A DNA stretch of 37,030 bases from positions 1 through 37,030 of the forward strand of contig JBGAQA010000066.1 in NCBI GenBank assembly GCA_044220955.1, written 5' to 3'. Shown here piece after piece: positions 8,620 through 17,470 of this stretch. The notes under the pieces were generated by a model. It did no database searches. It had not been told where the DNA came from and saw only the letters and a list, made by a program, of their open reading frames with translations. The translations under genes were made by a program, and so were the position numbers. The stretch's first letter is position 1; each line of letters begins with the position of its first letter. The DNA is from Sandaracinaceae bacterium (lineage in GTDB: Bacteria; Myxococcota_A; Polyangia; Polyangiales; Sandaracinaceae).

Positions 8620-9639
8620 TCAGGGAGGGCCGAGCTCGGGGTCCGTGAGGAAGTGATCGTCCGTGAGCGTCTCGAGGAAGGCGACGAGATCCTGCCGCTC
8701 GCTCCGCGTCAGGCCGTTGCCGGGCGTGTGGAGCAGCGAGTCGAGGCTCGTCGAGAGCACGACGCCGTCCGCGTAGTGGTCGACGACCGCAGCGAGGCTC
8801 GCGAAGCGATCGTCGTGCATGTAGGGCCCGGTCCGGGCGACGTTGCGCAGGGTGGGAGTCTTCCACGCTCCGTCGTCGAGCGCGCGGCCCGTGACGTGCG
8901 CGCGCCCCGTGCCCTCGACCGCCTCGTCGAGGCCGACGTTGTGGAAGAGGTTGTCGGTGAAGAGCGCCGTGGCGTGACAATGGAAGCACTCGGTGCGCTC
9001 GGAGAAGAAGAGCTCGAGCCCGCGCAGCTCTGCGTCGTCGAGCGCTCCCGGCTCGCCCGCGAGGTATCGGTCGTACCGCGAGCTCCCCGAGACCAGCGTC
9101 CGTTGGTACTGGGCGAGCGCGAGCGCGGCGCGCTCGGTGGTCGGCTCGGGTGAGCCGAACGCCGCGAGGAACATCGCCTCGAGGTCGGGCTCGCGCAGGC
9201 GATCGACGTCGGTGTCGAAGAACTCCTCGACCTCCATGCGCATCGCGTCCTCGAGCGTGCCCGCGGTCGAGCCGTCCCACAGGAAGTTGCGCGACCACGC
9301 GAGGTTCACGTGCGGCAGGACGCCGACGGCGCGGTCGCTCGAGAAGGCCTGGGCCTGCAGGTGGCAGTCGGCGCACGCGCGGCTTCCGTCCCGCGAGAGG
9401 CGCGCGTCGTGGTAGAGGCGCCGGCCGAGCGCGATGCCCTCGACCGACGTCGGGTTCTCGGCGGGGATCACCATCGGGGGGAAGCCGCGCGGGACCCAGA
9501 GCTCGACGGGGGTGGGCCCTGCGGGCGGCTCGGCCACGCAGCCCGCGAACGCGGAGCTCATCCCCGCGACGACGCCTGCGATGGCGAGCGTGCGCCGCGC
9601 GCGCCCGGGCTGGTGGGCAGCGCGCGCCCTGCTCGTCAC
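8620..9639 (-). CDS. Di-heme cytochrome c peroxidase family protein (MauG/MbnH-like)
   Basis: LGRRLYHDARLS, CADCH, FLWDG, CFHCH, FHNVGL, WKTPTLRNVARTGPYMHD, LVAFLETLTD; GTG 9639 overlaps the upstream stop (GTGA). Confidence 0.92.
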   Translation of the reverse strand: MTSRARAAHQPGRARRTLAIAGVVAGMSSAFAGCVAEPPAGPTPVELWVPRGFPPMVIPAENPTSVEGIALGRRLYHDARLSRDGSRACADCHLQAQAFSSDRAVGVLPHVNLAWSRNFLWDGSTAGTLEDAMRMEVEEFFDTDVDRLREPDLEAMFLAAFGSPEPTTERAALALAQYQRTLVSGSSRYDRYLAGEPGALDDAELRGLELFFSERTECFHCHATALFTDNLFHNVGLDEAVEGTGRAHVTGRALDDGAWKTPTLRNVARTGPYMHDDRFASLAAVVDHYADGVVLSTSLDSLLHTPGNGLTRSERQDLVAFLETLTDDHFLTDPELGPP

Positions 9640-10532
9640 GGCGCCTCCAGCGTGAAGACCCCCTCGCCGTTGCGCTGGAGCGATGCCTGCGCGGCCGCGT
9701 TGCCCATGATGCCGGGCATGGCCGCGGTGAAGTAGTCGTTCAGGTCCCAGGTGTCGGGGCTCGTGAACCAGTCCTCGAGGTTCATCGCGATCGTGAGCGT
9801 CACGTCGCCCTCGCCGATGGTCACGCCGCTCGCGCCGAGCCTGACGGGGAACGAGTAGTCGGTCCCGCGTAGGGCCCCGCTGTGCGCGCGGAACGCGAAG
9901 GGCTCGCCAGCGGCGTTCACGTAGCGCCCCTCGAACTTCATGTAGTGGTAGCCCCCTCCCATCATCGCGGGCCACTCCATGAGCGACTCCGGGGGCTCGG
10001 CGAACGCACCGGTGACGTTGAGCTCCGGCGGCAGCCCCATGTGGAAGGAGATCGACGCGAGCTCGCCGGACTCGGTGCCGAGCGGGATCGCGATGCGCTG
10101 CGTGTCGGCCGTGTCGGCATCGACGTAGTGAGCGCCCCTCGCCTCGAACGTGCGACCGTCCGTCGTGGTGAGCACGACGTCGCTGAGGAACCAGCTGACG
10201 CGGGTCACTCCGAAGTGGTTGCCGGCGGCGTTCACGTAGGGCGTGTCGGAGCTGATCGTCACCGGCGCTCCGGCGACGTGATGCACGAGCGCGATGGTGA
10301 CCGTCGTGTCGACCCGCGGCGCCCAGGCGTCGGCGCCGACCGCGGCGTCGTCTCGAGGGGCGCTCGCCGCGTCGTCTGCGGGTCCTGCATCCGAGCCGGG
10401 CAGGGAGCTGGCGTCCGCGCCGAGCCAGGCGTCGGGGGGCGTGCTGCCGGCGTCGCCGGAGCCGGCGGTGCCCCCGCAGCCGACGAGGGCGAGGACCAGA
10501 CCGAGGAGCGAGAAAGAGAGCGTACCGCGCAT
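9636..10532 (-). CDS. MbnP-like lipoprotein
   Basis: GGAGGTG RBS; LVLALVG-C lipobox; DAG linker; WFLSDVVL, ISFHMGL, MEWPAMMGGGYHYMKFEG, FRAHSG; adjacent to the di-heme enzyme. Confidence 0.75.
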   Translation of the reverse strand: MRGTLSFSLLGLVLALVGCGGTAGSGDAGSTPPDAWLGADASSLPGSDAGPADDAASAPRDDAAVGADAWAPRVDTTVTIALVHHVAGAPVTISSDTPYVNAAGNHFGVTRVSWFLSDVVLTTTDGRTFEARGAHYVDADTADTQRIAIPLGTESGELASISFHMGLPPELNVTGAFAEPPESLMEWPAMMGGGYHYMKFEGRYVNAAGEPFAFRAHSGALRGTDYSFPVRLGASGVTIGEGDVTLTIAMNLEDWFTSPDTWDLNDYFTAAMPGIMGNAAAQASLQRNGEGVFTLEAP

Positions 10533-10682
10533 GAGCACCTCCAGCTGCGCGGAGACGTACGCGCGGCGCGGTGCTCGCAGCATGCGGCAAGTGGTCGCGG
10601 TCCGACGGAGCGCAGCGAGTGGCGTCGAGCGCTCGCGTGCCCGAGAGGCGGAGCCTCGCCAGGTCGCCGTCGTCGTCCAGGA

Positions 10683-12203
10683 TCAGATGCTGACTTGCAG
10701 CTGCAGGCGGATGCGGGTCTCCCCGTGCTGGAACGCGGCGCCGTCGGAGCCGTCCACGTCGTCCCAGAGCCGGAACGCGTCGAGCTGGAGCTTGTACGCG
10801 TGGCGGTGGAAGTAGTAGTTGAGGCCGATGCCGACCTCGCTCCGCTCCGCCGTGCCGCTTCCCGTGCCGAAGCCGCTGGACTGGATGGGCACGGTGAAGC
10901 CGTAGCGCGCCGCGATCTCGAAGTCCGTGTCGGGCACGAGGAAGCCGGCCTGCGCATACCAGCCCACGCCGCGGCGCACGGTGTTGCCGGCCATCCCCAT
11001 GCCCGTGCCGGCGACGTGCCAGCCGTCGCGCCACATGAACTCGGACATGAAGGAGAAGCCCGAGTAGGTGAACAGCATGTCCACCTCGGCGCTGTGATAG
11101 CTGAACGTGCCGCCGTCTCCGACCTGCGAGCCGAGCGTGATGCGGTCGAGGTGCGCACGATCGGAGAACGCGTAGCTGGCGCCGATCGAGAGGTGCGGGC
11201 TGGAGGAGCGCGCGAGGTCGCCCTCGGTGTAGTCGTCGAAGAGTCCGAGGGGCAGGATCTCGAGACGCGCGAGGTAGAGCAGGCCGAGATCCGCCGAGAA
11301 GAGGCTGTCGCGGCCCTCGTTCGTGTACACGCCCGCGTAGTACCGGAGCCAGCCGAGGCCGGCGAAGTCGAGCGAGCGGATGTCGATGCCCACGTCGCGG
11401 TCGAGGTTGAACTCGGCGTTGGCGAGGGAGCGGTCGACGAGCTGCATCGAGCTCGAGCTGACGACGCGTGAGCGGTTGAAGGGCAACACGAACTGACCGA
11501 CGCGCACGAACATCTCGCGCAGGAACTGGAAGTCGAGGATCGCGTCGAGGAGCGGCGATCGAGTGAGACCGACCAGGTTCTCCTGCAGGTCGGCGGGCGC
11601 CACCGCGAGCTGCACCTTGTAGCGGATGTGTGGATCGAAGACGCGGCCCTGCAGCGTCACGCGCGCCCGCCGCACGGTGAAGTCGATCGTGGGATCGACC
11701 GAGCGGTAGGTGCCATCCATCTGCAGCGCGTCCTCGGGCACCTCGAAGGCCGCGAGCAACATCATGCGAGCCCGGATGACCATCTCGAAGCGGTGATCCT
11801 CCGTGCCGATGAGCAGGCCCTCGCCGGGCTCGAACGCGATCTGGAACGAGGGCTCCTCGGGCCCTTCGTCGACCTCTTCGGCGGCCACCTCCGCGGCCGA
11901 CGGCACGAGCGCCGCCGGTGGCGCGCCCTCCTCGGGCGCCGCCACGTCGGGTGCGGGCGCCGGGTCCGAGCCCTGCGCGGGCATCGCGGGCGGCTCGGGG
12001 CTCCCGTCGGGGGGGAGCGCGTCGTCCGGGCCGGCAGCCGGTGCGTCGGCGGGCGGCGGCTCGGCCGGCGGCGTCATGGCCGGCGGGGTCGGCGGCTCGG
12101 GCGGGGGCTGCGCCAGCGCCGTCCGCGGCGCGGCGCCTGCACCGATCGAGACCACGAGTGACGCGATGGCGAGCAGCGTGTGACAGGACTCTGCGTTCTT
12201 CAT
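10683..12203 (-). CDS. Outer-membrane porin (OprO/OprP phosphate-selective porin-like)
   Basis: Signal plus Pro-rich linker; VRRARVTLQG, LLDA..D, VRVGQFVLPF, DRDVG, WYAQAGFLV, GLNYYF, C-terminal RLQLQVSI beta strand. Confidence 0.82.
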   Translation of the reverse strand: MKNAESCHTLLAIASLVVSIGAGAAPRTALAQPPPEPPTPPAMTPPAEPPPADAPAAGPDDALPPDGSPEPPAMPAQGSDPAPAPDVAAPEEGAPPAALVPSAAEVAAEEVDEGPEEPSFQIAFEPGEGLLIGTEDHRFEMVIRARMMLLAAFEVPEDALQMDGTYRSVDPTIDFTVRRARVTLQGRVFDPHIRYKVQLAVAPADLQENLVGLTRSPLLDAILDFQFLREMFVRVGQFVLPFNRSRVVSSSSMQLVDRSLANAEFNLDRDVGIDIRSLDFAGLGWLRYYAGVYTNEGRDSLFSADLGLLYLARLEILPLGLFDDYTEGDLARSSSPHLSIGASYAFSDRAHLDRITLGSQVGDGGTFSYHSAEVDMLFTYSGFSFMSEFMWRDGWHVAGTGMGMAGNTVRRGVGWYAQAGFLVPDTDFEIAARYGFTVPIQSSGFGTGSGTAERSEVGIGLNYYFHRHAYKLQLDAFRLWDDVDGSDGAAFQHGETRIRLQLQVSI

Positions 12204-12345
12204 GACCTGGGCTCCACTCGGGTGGCGCTCTAGCAACACCGGGTGCCGCTGCGTGCGACGAGTCGGTGACGCGTGACACACGCGGCACCGCGCGTCGCAT
12301 CCGCATCGATTCGGGGCGTTCAGCGCGCGCCGCGCCTCGTCGGCG

Positions 12346-12428
12346 GTGACGAACGTGACGAACGTGTGACGCCTGGCGAGAGTCCGGGGGAGCCTGACGG
12401 TCTCGCGACGGGCGTCGTCGTGACGAAC
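12346..12428. repeat. GTGACGAAC direct repeats in the porin upstream region
   Basis: GTGACGAAC at 12346, 12355 and 12420, plus GTGAC at 12366. Confidence 0.6.
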
Positions 12429-12467
12429 GCTGCCGTGGCGTCGGCCGCGGCGCGCGCGTGGGTGACG

Positions 12468-13160
12468 TCACCTCCGCGGCGCGGCGCTGCGCCGCTCGCG
12501 TGTCGAGGGGCCCGCGTCGGCGTGATCGCGGACGCGCTGCACCATCGTCCGCATCAGCTTGGTCAGCTCGGCCTCGACCGCCGGATCCTCGCCGAGCGCG
12601 GTCAGCGCCGCGCCCGTCGCCTCGAGGGTGCTCACGTGCTCGCGCCGCGGCTCGCGCCGCATCTTGCCGTAGATCGACGGCTGGAGCGGGCGCAGCGCGA
12701 TCCGTCCGAGCTTGAGCAGCCAGGGGTTGCGCCACCAGAGCGTCTTGGCCTGCGACCACGTTCCATCGAGCAGGACGATCCCGTCGGGGCGCGCGTCCGT
12801 GAGCGCGCCGTGGCGGTCCATCCGGATCGCGCCCGTCCGGCCGAGGACGTCGTCCGGGAGCTTGTGCGAGTACACGCTCGCCCAGCGGCTGCGGTCGATC
12901 TCTTCCTCGAGCGCCGCTTCGAGCGAGGGCCACGAGAGGCCGACGAGGACCCGCGCGGCCGGGAGCGTGCTCGCCACGAGGCGCGCGGTCCCGAGCACCA
13001 CGTCGTCCTCCTGCGGGTGCTGCAGGATGATGACGCGCGTCTTGGTCTCGAGCGGCCGCACGCGATCGCAGACACACGCCCACACGGGCTTGCGGCACGT
13101 CTCGCAGCGCTCGTTGGCGTCGGTCGTGGTCGTCGTGCTCACGGGTGGGGTCGTGCTCAC
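12468..13160 (-). CDS. DTW-domain tRNA-uridine aminocarboxypropyltransferase (TapT/YfiP-like)
   Basis: RCETC…CVC, IILQHPQE, LLDGTWSQAK, RREP, STLEA; GTG 13160 overlaps the upstream stop (GTGA). Confidence 0.9.
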   Translation of the reverse strand: MSTTPPVSTTTTTDANERCETCRKPVWACVCDRVRPLETKTRVIILQHPQEDDVVLGTARLVASTLPAARVLVGLSWPSLEAALEEEIDRSRWASVYSHKLPDDVLGRTGAIRMDRHGALTDARPDGIVLLDGTWSQAKTLWWRNPWLLKLGRIALRPLQPSIYGKMRREPRREHVSTLEATGAALTALGEDPAVEAELTKLMRTMVQRVRDHADAGPSTRERRSAAPRR

Positions 13161-14437
13161 GGCAGCGGCAGCGGTGGCGGCGGCGTGTCCGAGCCGTAGC
13201 CGTTGAGCCAGCCCCAGACGATGGGGAGGAAGAGGACGAGCGAGACGCCCCCCAGGATGATCAGCGGGACGATGACCGAGAACGCGAGGTCGATCATCTT
13301 CGCGTTGCGCGATGCGGCCGCGGGTGGCTCCTCGAGGCCGCGTGTCTCGGTGTCGGTCGCGACGTACGGGTTCGCCGCGTACGCCGGGGCCGCCTCGGCC
13401 TGCTCGAGCTCGAGGCGCTTGGCCGAGGGGCCGCGGAAGAGCGCCCACCAGGGCCGTGGCCGCTCGTTCTGCTTCTTCAGCGAGAGCAGCGTGCGAGCGG
13501 GGATGCGGCAGGCCGTCTTGCAGAACGGGCAGGTCGCGGCGCGCTCGCCGACCTGGACGTCGATCGCGCCGCCGCAGCTCGGGCAGTGCAGCGCGACGAC
13601 CATTCCCGCGCTCGTCGCGTTCACCCGTGCCTCGGGGCGATCGACCCGCTCGTCGTCGCACAGGACGCAGACCAGCGGCGAGTGAAGCGACGTCAGCGCG
13701 CGCGGCATCTCGTACGCGGCGCGGTCCCCGCACGTCGGACAGCGCGTGCTGACGCGGGTGCCGCCCTCGACCTGCGCGTCGACGGGCGTGTGGCACACGG
13801 CGCAGAGCGGGTGCCCCGGCGAGGCCGCCACGCTCAGGTTCCGCGTCCGCATCACGCCGCCCGAGATGCTCATGCCCGTCAGCTCGAGGGTGCTCGTGGT
13901 GTTGGTGATCCCGATCGACACGTACGGGTTCTTCGCCGCGACGGTCCGGCTCCCGCCGCGGCCCTCGATCGCGGGCCCGGCGAGGTCGGCGACGGCGTGC
14001 GCGTGGTCGAGCGCCTCCGTCCAAACGCCGACGTCGAAGGCCTGCACGGTGTGGCACGCGGCGCACGTGACGGTCCCCTCCACCTCGGGCTCGTCCACCG
14101 GCGACTTGCTGCCGCACTGCCTGCACGTGAGCTCGGTCCGGAGCTGCGCCCAGTACGTGCCGTCGGGCCGCTCGGGCGCGCGCTCCTCGAGCCGCGAGAA
14201 CGCCTGACCGCAGAGCGAGCAGGACTGGCGCTCGAGCGGCGCGATCGCGCCGCAGCCGTGGCAGATGCGCATGCCGTCGCGCGAGTACCCCGGCCGCGCG
14301 CCCTGGCCGACGCTCGGAGCCTGCGGCTGGCGGTACCCGCCCGCGAGCGACGTCCCGCACGACATGCAGAACGTCGCGTGGTCCGGCAGGACCTGCGAGC
14401 AACGCGGACAGCTGATCACGACAGCAGAGCTCGCCAC
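13157..14437 (-). CDS. Membrane-anchored multi zinc-ribbon protein
   Basis: Eleven CxxC motifs (five ribbons plus one extra); C-terminal TM AFSVIVPLIILGGVSLVLFLPIVW. Confidence 0.85.
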   Translation of the reverse strand: MASSAVVISCPRCSQVLPDHATFCMSCGTSLAGGYRQPQAPSVGQGARPGYSRDGMRICHGCGAIAPLERQSCSLCGQAFSRLEERAPERPDGTYWAQLRTELTCRQCGSKSPVDEPEVEGTVTCAACHTVQAFDVGVWTEALDHAHAVADLAGPAIEGRGGSRTVAAKNPYVSIGITNTTSTLELTGMSISGGVMRTRNLSVAASPGHPLCAVCHTPVDAQVEGGTRVSTRCPTCGDRAAYEMPRALTSLHSPLVCVLCDDERVDRPEARVNATSAGMVVALHCPSCGGAIDVQVGERAATCPFCKTACRIPARTLLSLKKQNERPRPWWALFRGPSAKRLELEQAEAAPAYAANPYVATDTETRGLEEPPAAASRNAKMIDLAFSVIVPLIILGGVSLVLFLPIVWGWLNGYGSDTPPPPLPLP

Positions 14438-14548
14438 GGAGGGCCCGGACGCGAGCGGGCGCAGCCCGCGGACGGGAGGGGCCGGAGCGGCAAGCCGCCA
14501 CGATTGCTGATCACGGGCCGAGCCTAGCAGGCCGGGCGAGCCGCTGGA

Positions 14549-14857
14549 TCACACGATGGGCGTACAGACCGCGCCGGGGATCCGCTCCGCGTAGGGCCAC
14601 GGGCGCGCGGGCTGCGCGGCGGCCTCGAGCACGGCGCGCGACTCGGCCGGGAGCGACGCGAGCCAGTCCACGTCACCGAACGCGATCCGCTTGCGGAGCA
14701 CCACCGGGAGCGGAGGCGGGATCGGCGTCGCGCGACGCGCGGGCGGCGGCGGCGGGACCTTCAGCGCGGGGCGTCCCACGAGGGCGGCCAGGATCTCGGC
14801 GCGGTCGAAGGTCGTGGTCGCGCAGTCTTCGTCGAGCTCGATGTCGTGGGGGGTCAC
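14549..14857 (-). CDS. Small Pro-rich hypothetical protein
   Basis: 102-aa ORF with GC3 bias filling the gap; sigma54-like motif directly upstream. Confidence 0.6.
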   Translation of the reverse strand: MTPHDIELDEDCATTTFDRAEILAALVGRPALKVPPPPPARRATPIPPPLPVVLRKRIAFGDVDWLASLPAESRAVLEAAAQPARPWPYAERIPGAVCTPIV

Positions 14858-14867
14858 GCGCGGGCCG

Positions 14868-14884
14868 TTGCACCTCGCGTGCCG
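14868..14884 (-). promoter_or_regulatory. Putative sigma54 -24/-12 promoter
   Basis: Minus strand CGGCACGCGAGGTGCAA: GG(14883-14882)-N10-GC(14871-14870); predicted +1 near GTG 14857. Confidence 0.55.
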
Positions 14885-14992
14885 ACCAGAACCCTGGCGA
14901 AAATGGCCTCCGGGCCCTGGCGAGTCGAGTCGCCGATCGGCCAGCGCTGGCTACGCGAGCGACCACCGGCCCCCGCATGTCACGCTGCCCGC

Positions 14993-15478
14993 ATGCGCCT
15001 GCTCTCGCTCCCTGCCTTCGTCCTCGCCATGACGTGGCTGCCGGCCTTCGCCGCTGCCCAGGCGCCCTCGAGCGGGGCGCTCGGCGACTGCACCGTCACG
15101 ATCACGGGCGCGCAGTACTGGCGGAGCGCCGACATGATGGCGCACCCGGGTCGCGCCTCGGACGGGTTCGGCGCGATGATCGTGAGCGTCAGCGCGCGGA
15201 TCGAGTGTACCCGGGACGCCCGCATTCGCGTCGGGGGCGGCTCGGTCGTGGTCGCGGACGCGCGCACGCTGCTGCACCGGCCGGAGCTCGAGATCGCCGG
15301 CCACGACGCGTGGGACGGACGCGTCGCCGCGGGCACGCCGGTCGAGGTGAGCATCACCTGGCGGGACGGGCCGCTCGCCTCCCGCGGCAGCGAGGCGCGG
15401 GCGATCGTTCGCCTGCGCGCCGGGTCTGCGGTGCTGGAGCTGTCGGCGCCGGGTCGGGCGGTCGCGTTCCCGAGCTGA
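14993..15478 (+). CDS. Secreted hypothetical protein
   Basis: Signal peptide MRLLSLPAFVLAMTWLPAFAAA-Q; beta-rich mature region. Confidence 0.65.
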   Translation: MRLLSLPAFVLAMTWLPAFAAAQAPSSGALGDCTVTITGAQYWRSADMMAHPGRASDGFGAMIVSVSARIECTRDARIRVGGGSVVVADARTLLHRPELEIAGHDAWDGRVAAGTPVEVSITWRDGPLASRGSEARAIVRLRAGSAVLELSAPGRAVAFPS

Positions 15479-15518
15479 GCCGAGGCGGAGACGGGCCGGG
15501 ATGCTAACGTCCGGCCCG

Positions 15519-16646
15519 ATGCAGACGCTGCCCCCCGACGATCCGACGCTCGGCCTCTTCCAGGTGCTCCGCGAGGACGGCACCGCCGATCCGGGGCGCG
15601 ATCCCTTCCTCGACGGCAAGACGCTGCTGGCGATGTACGAGGCGATGCTGCGCATCCGCCGGATCGACGAGCGCATGCTCGGCAAGCAGCGCCAGGGCAA
15701 GGTCGGCTTCTTCGGCACGATCACGGGCCAGGAGGCGACCCCGACCGCGACCGCGTTCGCGACCGAGAAGCGCGACTGGGTCTTCCCCGCGCTGCGCGAG
15801 AGCTCGATCATGCTCTGCCGCGGCTTCCCGCTCTCCGTCTGGCTCGCGCAGGCGTACGGCAACAGCGCCGACATCCAGAAGGGCCGGCAGATGCCGAGCC
15901 ACCAGGCCGGGCGCAGCGTGAACCAGGTCGGCTGGTCGTCGTGCATCGGCCCGCAGGTCCCGCAGGCGGTCGGCGCCGCGTGGGCCGCCAAGAAGAAGAA
16001 GGACGACGTCGTGTGCGTCGGGTTCATGGGCGACGGCGCGACGAGCGAGGCCGACTTCCACACGGCGATGACGTTCGCCGCGATCTGGAAGGTGCCTGCG
16101 GTGCTGATCTGCCAGAACAACCACTGGTCGATCAGCGTGCCGACCCACAAGCAGAGCGCGAGCCGCACGATCGCGGTGAAGGCGCACGCCTACGGGATGC
16201 CGGGCGCGCGCGTGGATGGAAACGACGTGCTCGCCGTCTACCTGACGGTGAAGGCGGCGGTCGAGCGGGCGCGCCGCGGCGAGGGCCCCACCTTCGTCGA
16301 GAGCGTCACGTACCGCATGGGCCCACACTCCAGCAGCGACGATCCGACGCGCTACCGCTCGCAGGACGAGGTCGACGCCTGGGCGAAGAAGGACCCGCTC
16401 GCGCGCTTCGAGAAGTACCTGCTCGGTGCGTCGATCCTCGACGAGGCGATCAAGGCGAGCCTCGAGGAGAAGCTGCACGCGGAGTTCGAGGCGGCCATCG
16501 CGGCGATCGAGGAGCTTCCGCCGCCCGCCCGCAGCACGATGTTCGAGGACGTCTACGGGGGTGAGCTGCCCTGGCACCTGAAGGAGCAGCAGGCCGAGTA
16601 CCTCGCGATGCCAGGCGCGGCGACCGGGCACGGCGGGGGCCACTGA
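15519..16646 (+). CDS. pdhA/bkdA: 2-oxoacid dehydrogenase E1 alpha subunit (PDH or branched-chain type)
   Basis: RQGKVGFF, GQEA, KGRQMPSH, TPP motif GDGATSE…QNN, VDGND, YRMGPHSSSDD; alternative start ATG 15501. Confidence 0.95.
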   Translation: MQTLPPDDPTLGLFQVLREDGTADPGRDPFLDGKTLLAMYEAMLRIRRIDERMLGKQRQGKVGFFGTITGQEATPTATAFATEKRDWVFPALRESSIMLCRGFPLSVWLAQAYGNSADIQKGRQMPSHQAGRSVNQVGWSSCIGPQVPQAVGAAWAAKKKKDDVVCVGFMGDGATSEADFHTAMTFAAIWKVPAVLICQNNHWSISVPTHKQSASRTIAVKAHAYGMPGARVDGNDVLAVYLTVKAAVERARRGEGPTFVESVTYRMGPHSSSDDPTRYRSQDEVDAWAKKDPLARFEKYLLGASILDEAIKASLEEKLHAEFEAAIAAIEELPPPARSTMFEDVYGGELPWHLKEQQAEYLAMPGAATGHGGGH

Positions 16647-17434
16647 TGCGGCGGCTGCGGATCGTGATCTGGCTCGGGCTGCTGGTGAGCTGCACGACGC
16701 GGCGGTCGGGCGCCTTCCCGGACACCGGCCCCGGGGCGGACGCGGGCACGGACGCGGCGAGCGTCGCGTCGGACGCGGGCGCCGACGCGGCCGTGCTGCC
16801 GGTGGACGCGGGCTCCGATGCCGGGCACGACGCGGCGATCGCGGCCGACGCCGGGCGGGACGGCGGGAGCGATGCAGGTCGCGACGCGGGCCACGACGCC
16901 GGGCGCGACGCCGCGGTGGTCCGCTCGACCGCGCCGCTCCTGTTCTCGGAGTACGTCGAGGGCAGCGGCAACAACAAGGCCGTCGAGATCGCCAACGTCG
17001 GCACGAGCAGCTTCACCCTCACGGGCTGCACCATCCGGCTCTACGCGAACGGCGCCACGACGATGACGGCGAGCTACGATCTGACGGGCTCGCTCGCGTC
17101 CGGCGCCGTCTTCACCCTGTGCAACTCCGGCGCCGCCGGGTTCACGCCCTCGAGCTGCACGGCCGCCATCGCGGGCGGCGTCATGGGCTTCAACGGCAAC
17201 GACGCCCTCGCGATCGACTGCCCCGACGGTGTCGTCGACGTGATCGGGCAGGTCGGCAGCGACCCGGGCTCGGCCTGGGGCACGACGGTCACCACGACCA
17301 ACGAGACGCTGCGCCGGCAGTGCAGCGTGACGACGGGCGACGCGAACGGCGGCGACGCCTTCGATCCGGCGACGGAGTGGACGAGCGCGGGGGCCGACGT
17401 GTTCGACGGCCTCGGCACGCGCGGCTGCCCCTGA
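16646..17434 (+). CDS. Lipoprotein with lamin-tail-like (ExeM N-terminal type) domain
   Basis: WLGLLVS-C; DAG repeats; FSEYVEGSGNNKAVEIAN, FNGNDAL, VDVIG, TLRR; ATG overlaps the E1-alpha stop (TGATG). Confidence 0.82.
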   Translation: MRRLRIVIWLGLLVSCTTRRSGAFPDTGPGADAGTDAASVASDAGADAAVLPVDAGSDAGHDAAIAADAGRDGGSDAGRDAGHDAGRDAAVVRSTAPLLFSEYVEGSGNNKAVEIANVGTSSFTLTGCTIRLYANGATTMTASYDLTGSLASGAVFTLCNSGAAGFTPSSCTAAIAGGVMGFNGNDALAIDCPDGVVDVIGQVGSDPGSAWGTTVTTTNETLRRQCSVTTGDANGGDAFDPATEWTSAGADVFDGLGTRGCP

Positions 17435-17470
17435 GGGCGACGCCGCCGGTGCGCGTGCTACCTTCGGCGC

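Noticed and set aside
12231..12248. sigma54-like GGCAC…TTGCT upstream of the porin (minus strand)
   Set aside because: Spacing is GG-N11-GC, one base longer than the strict N10 requirement.
12204..12467. Riboswitch or ncRNA in the 264-bp porin leader
   Set aside because: I could not see conserved cores of cobalamin, TPP, FMN or SAM riboswitches; an Rfam/Infernal scan would settle it.
5477..13098. Very long ORFs 5477-8566 (1029 aa) and 8620-13098 (1492 aa) as giant fusion proteins
   Set aside because: Their N-terminal parts are Arg/Ala/Pro-rich off-frame read-through of other genes, expected in GC-rich DNA; only the C-terminal parts (GDPD, di-heme enzyme) have motifs and their own starts.
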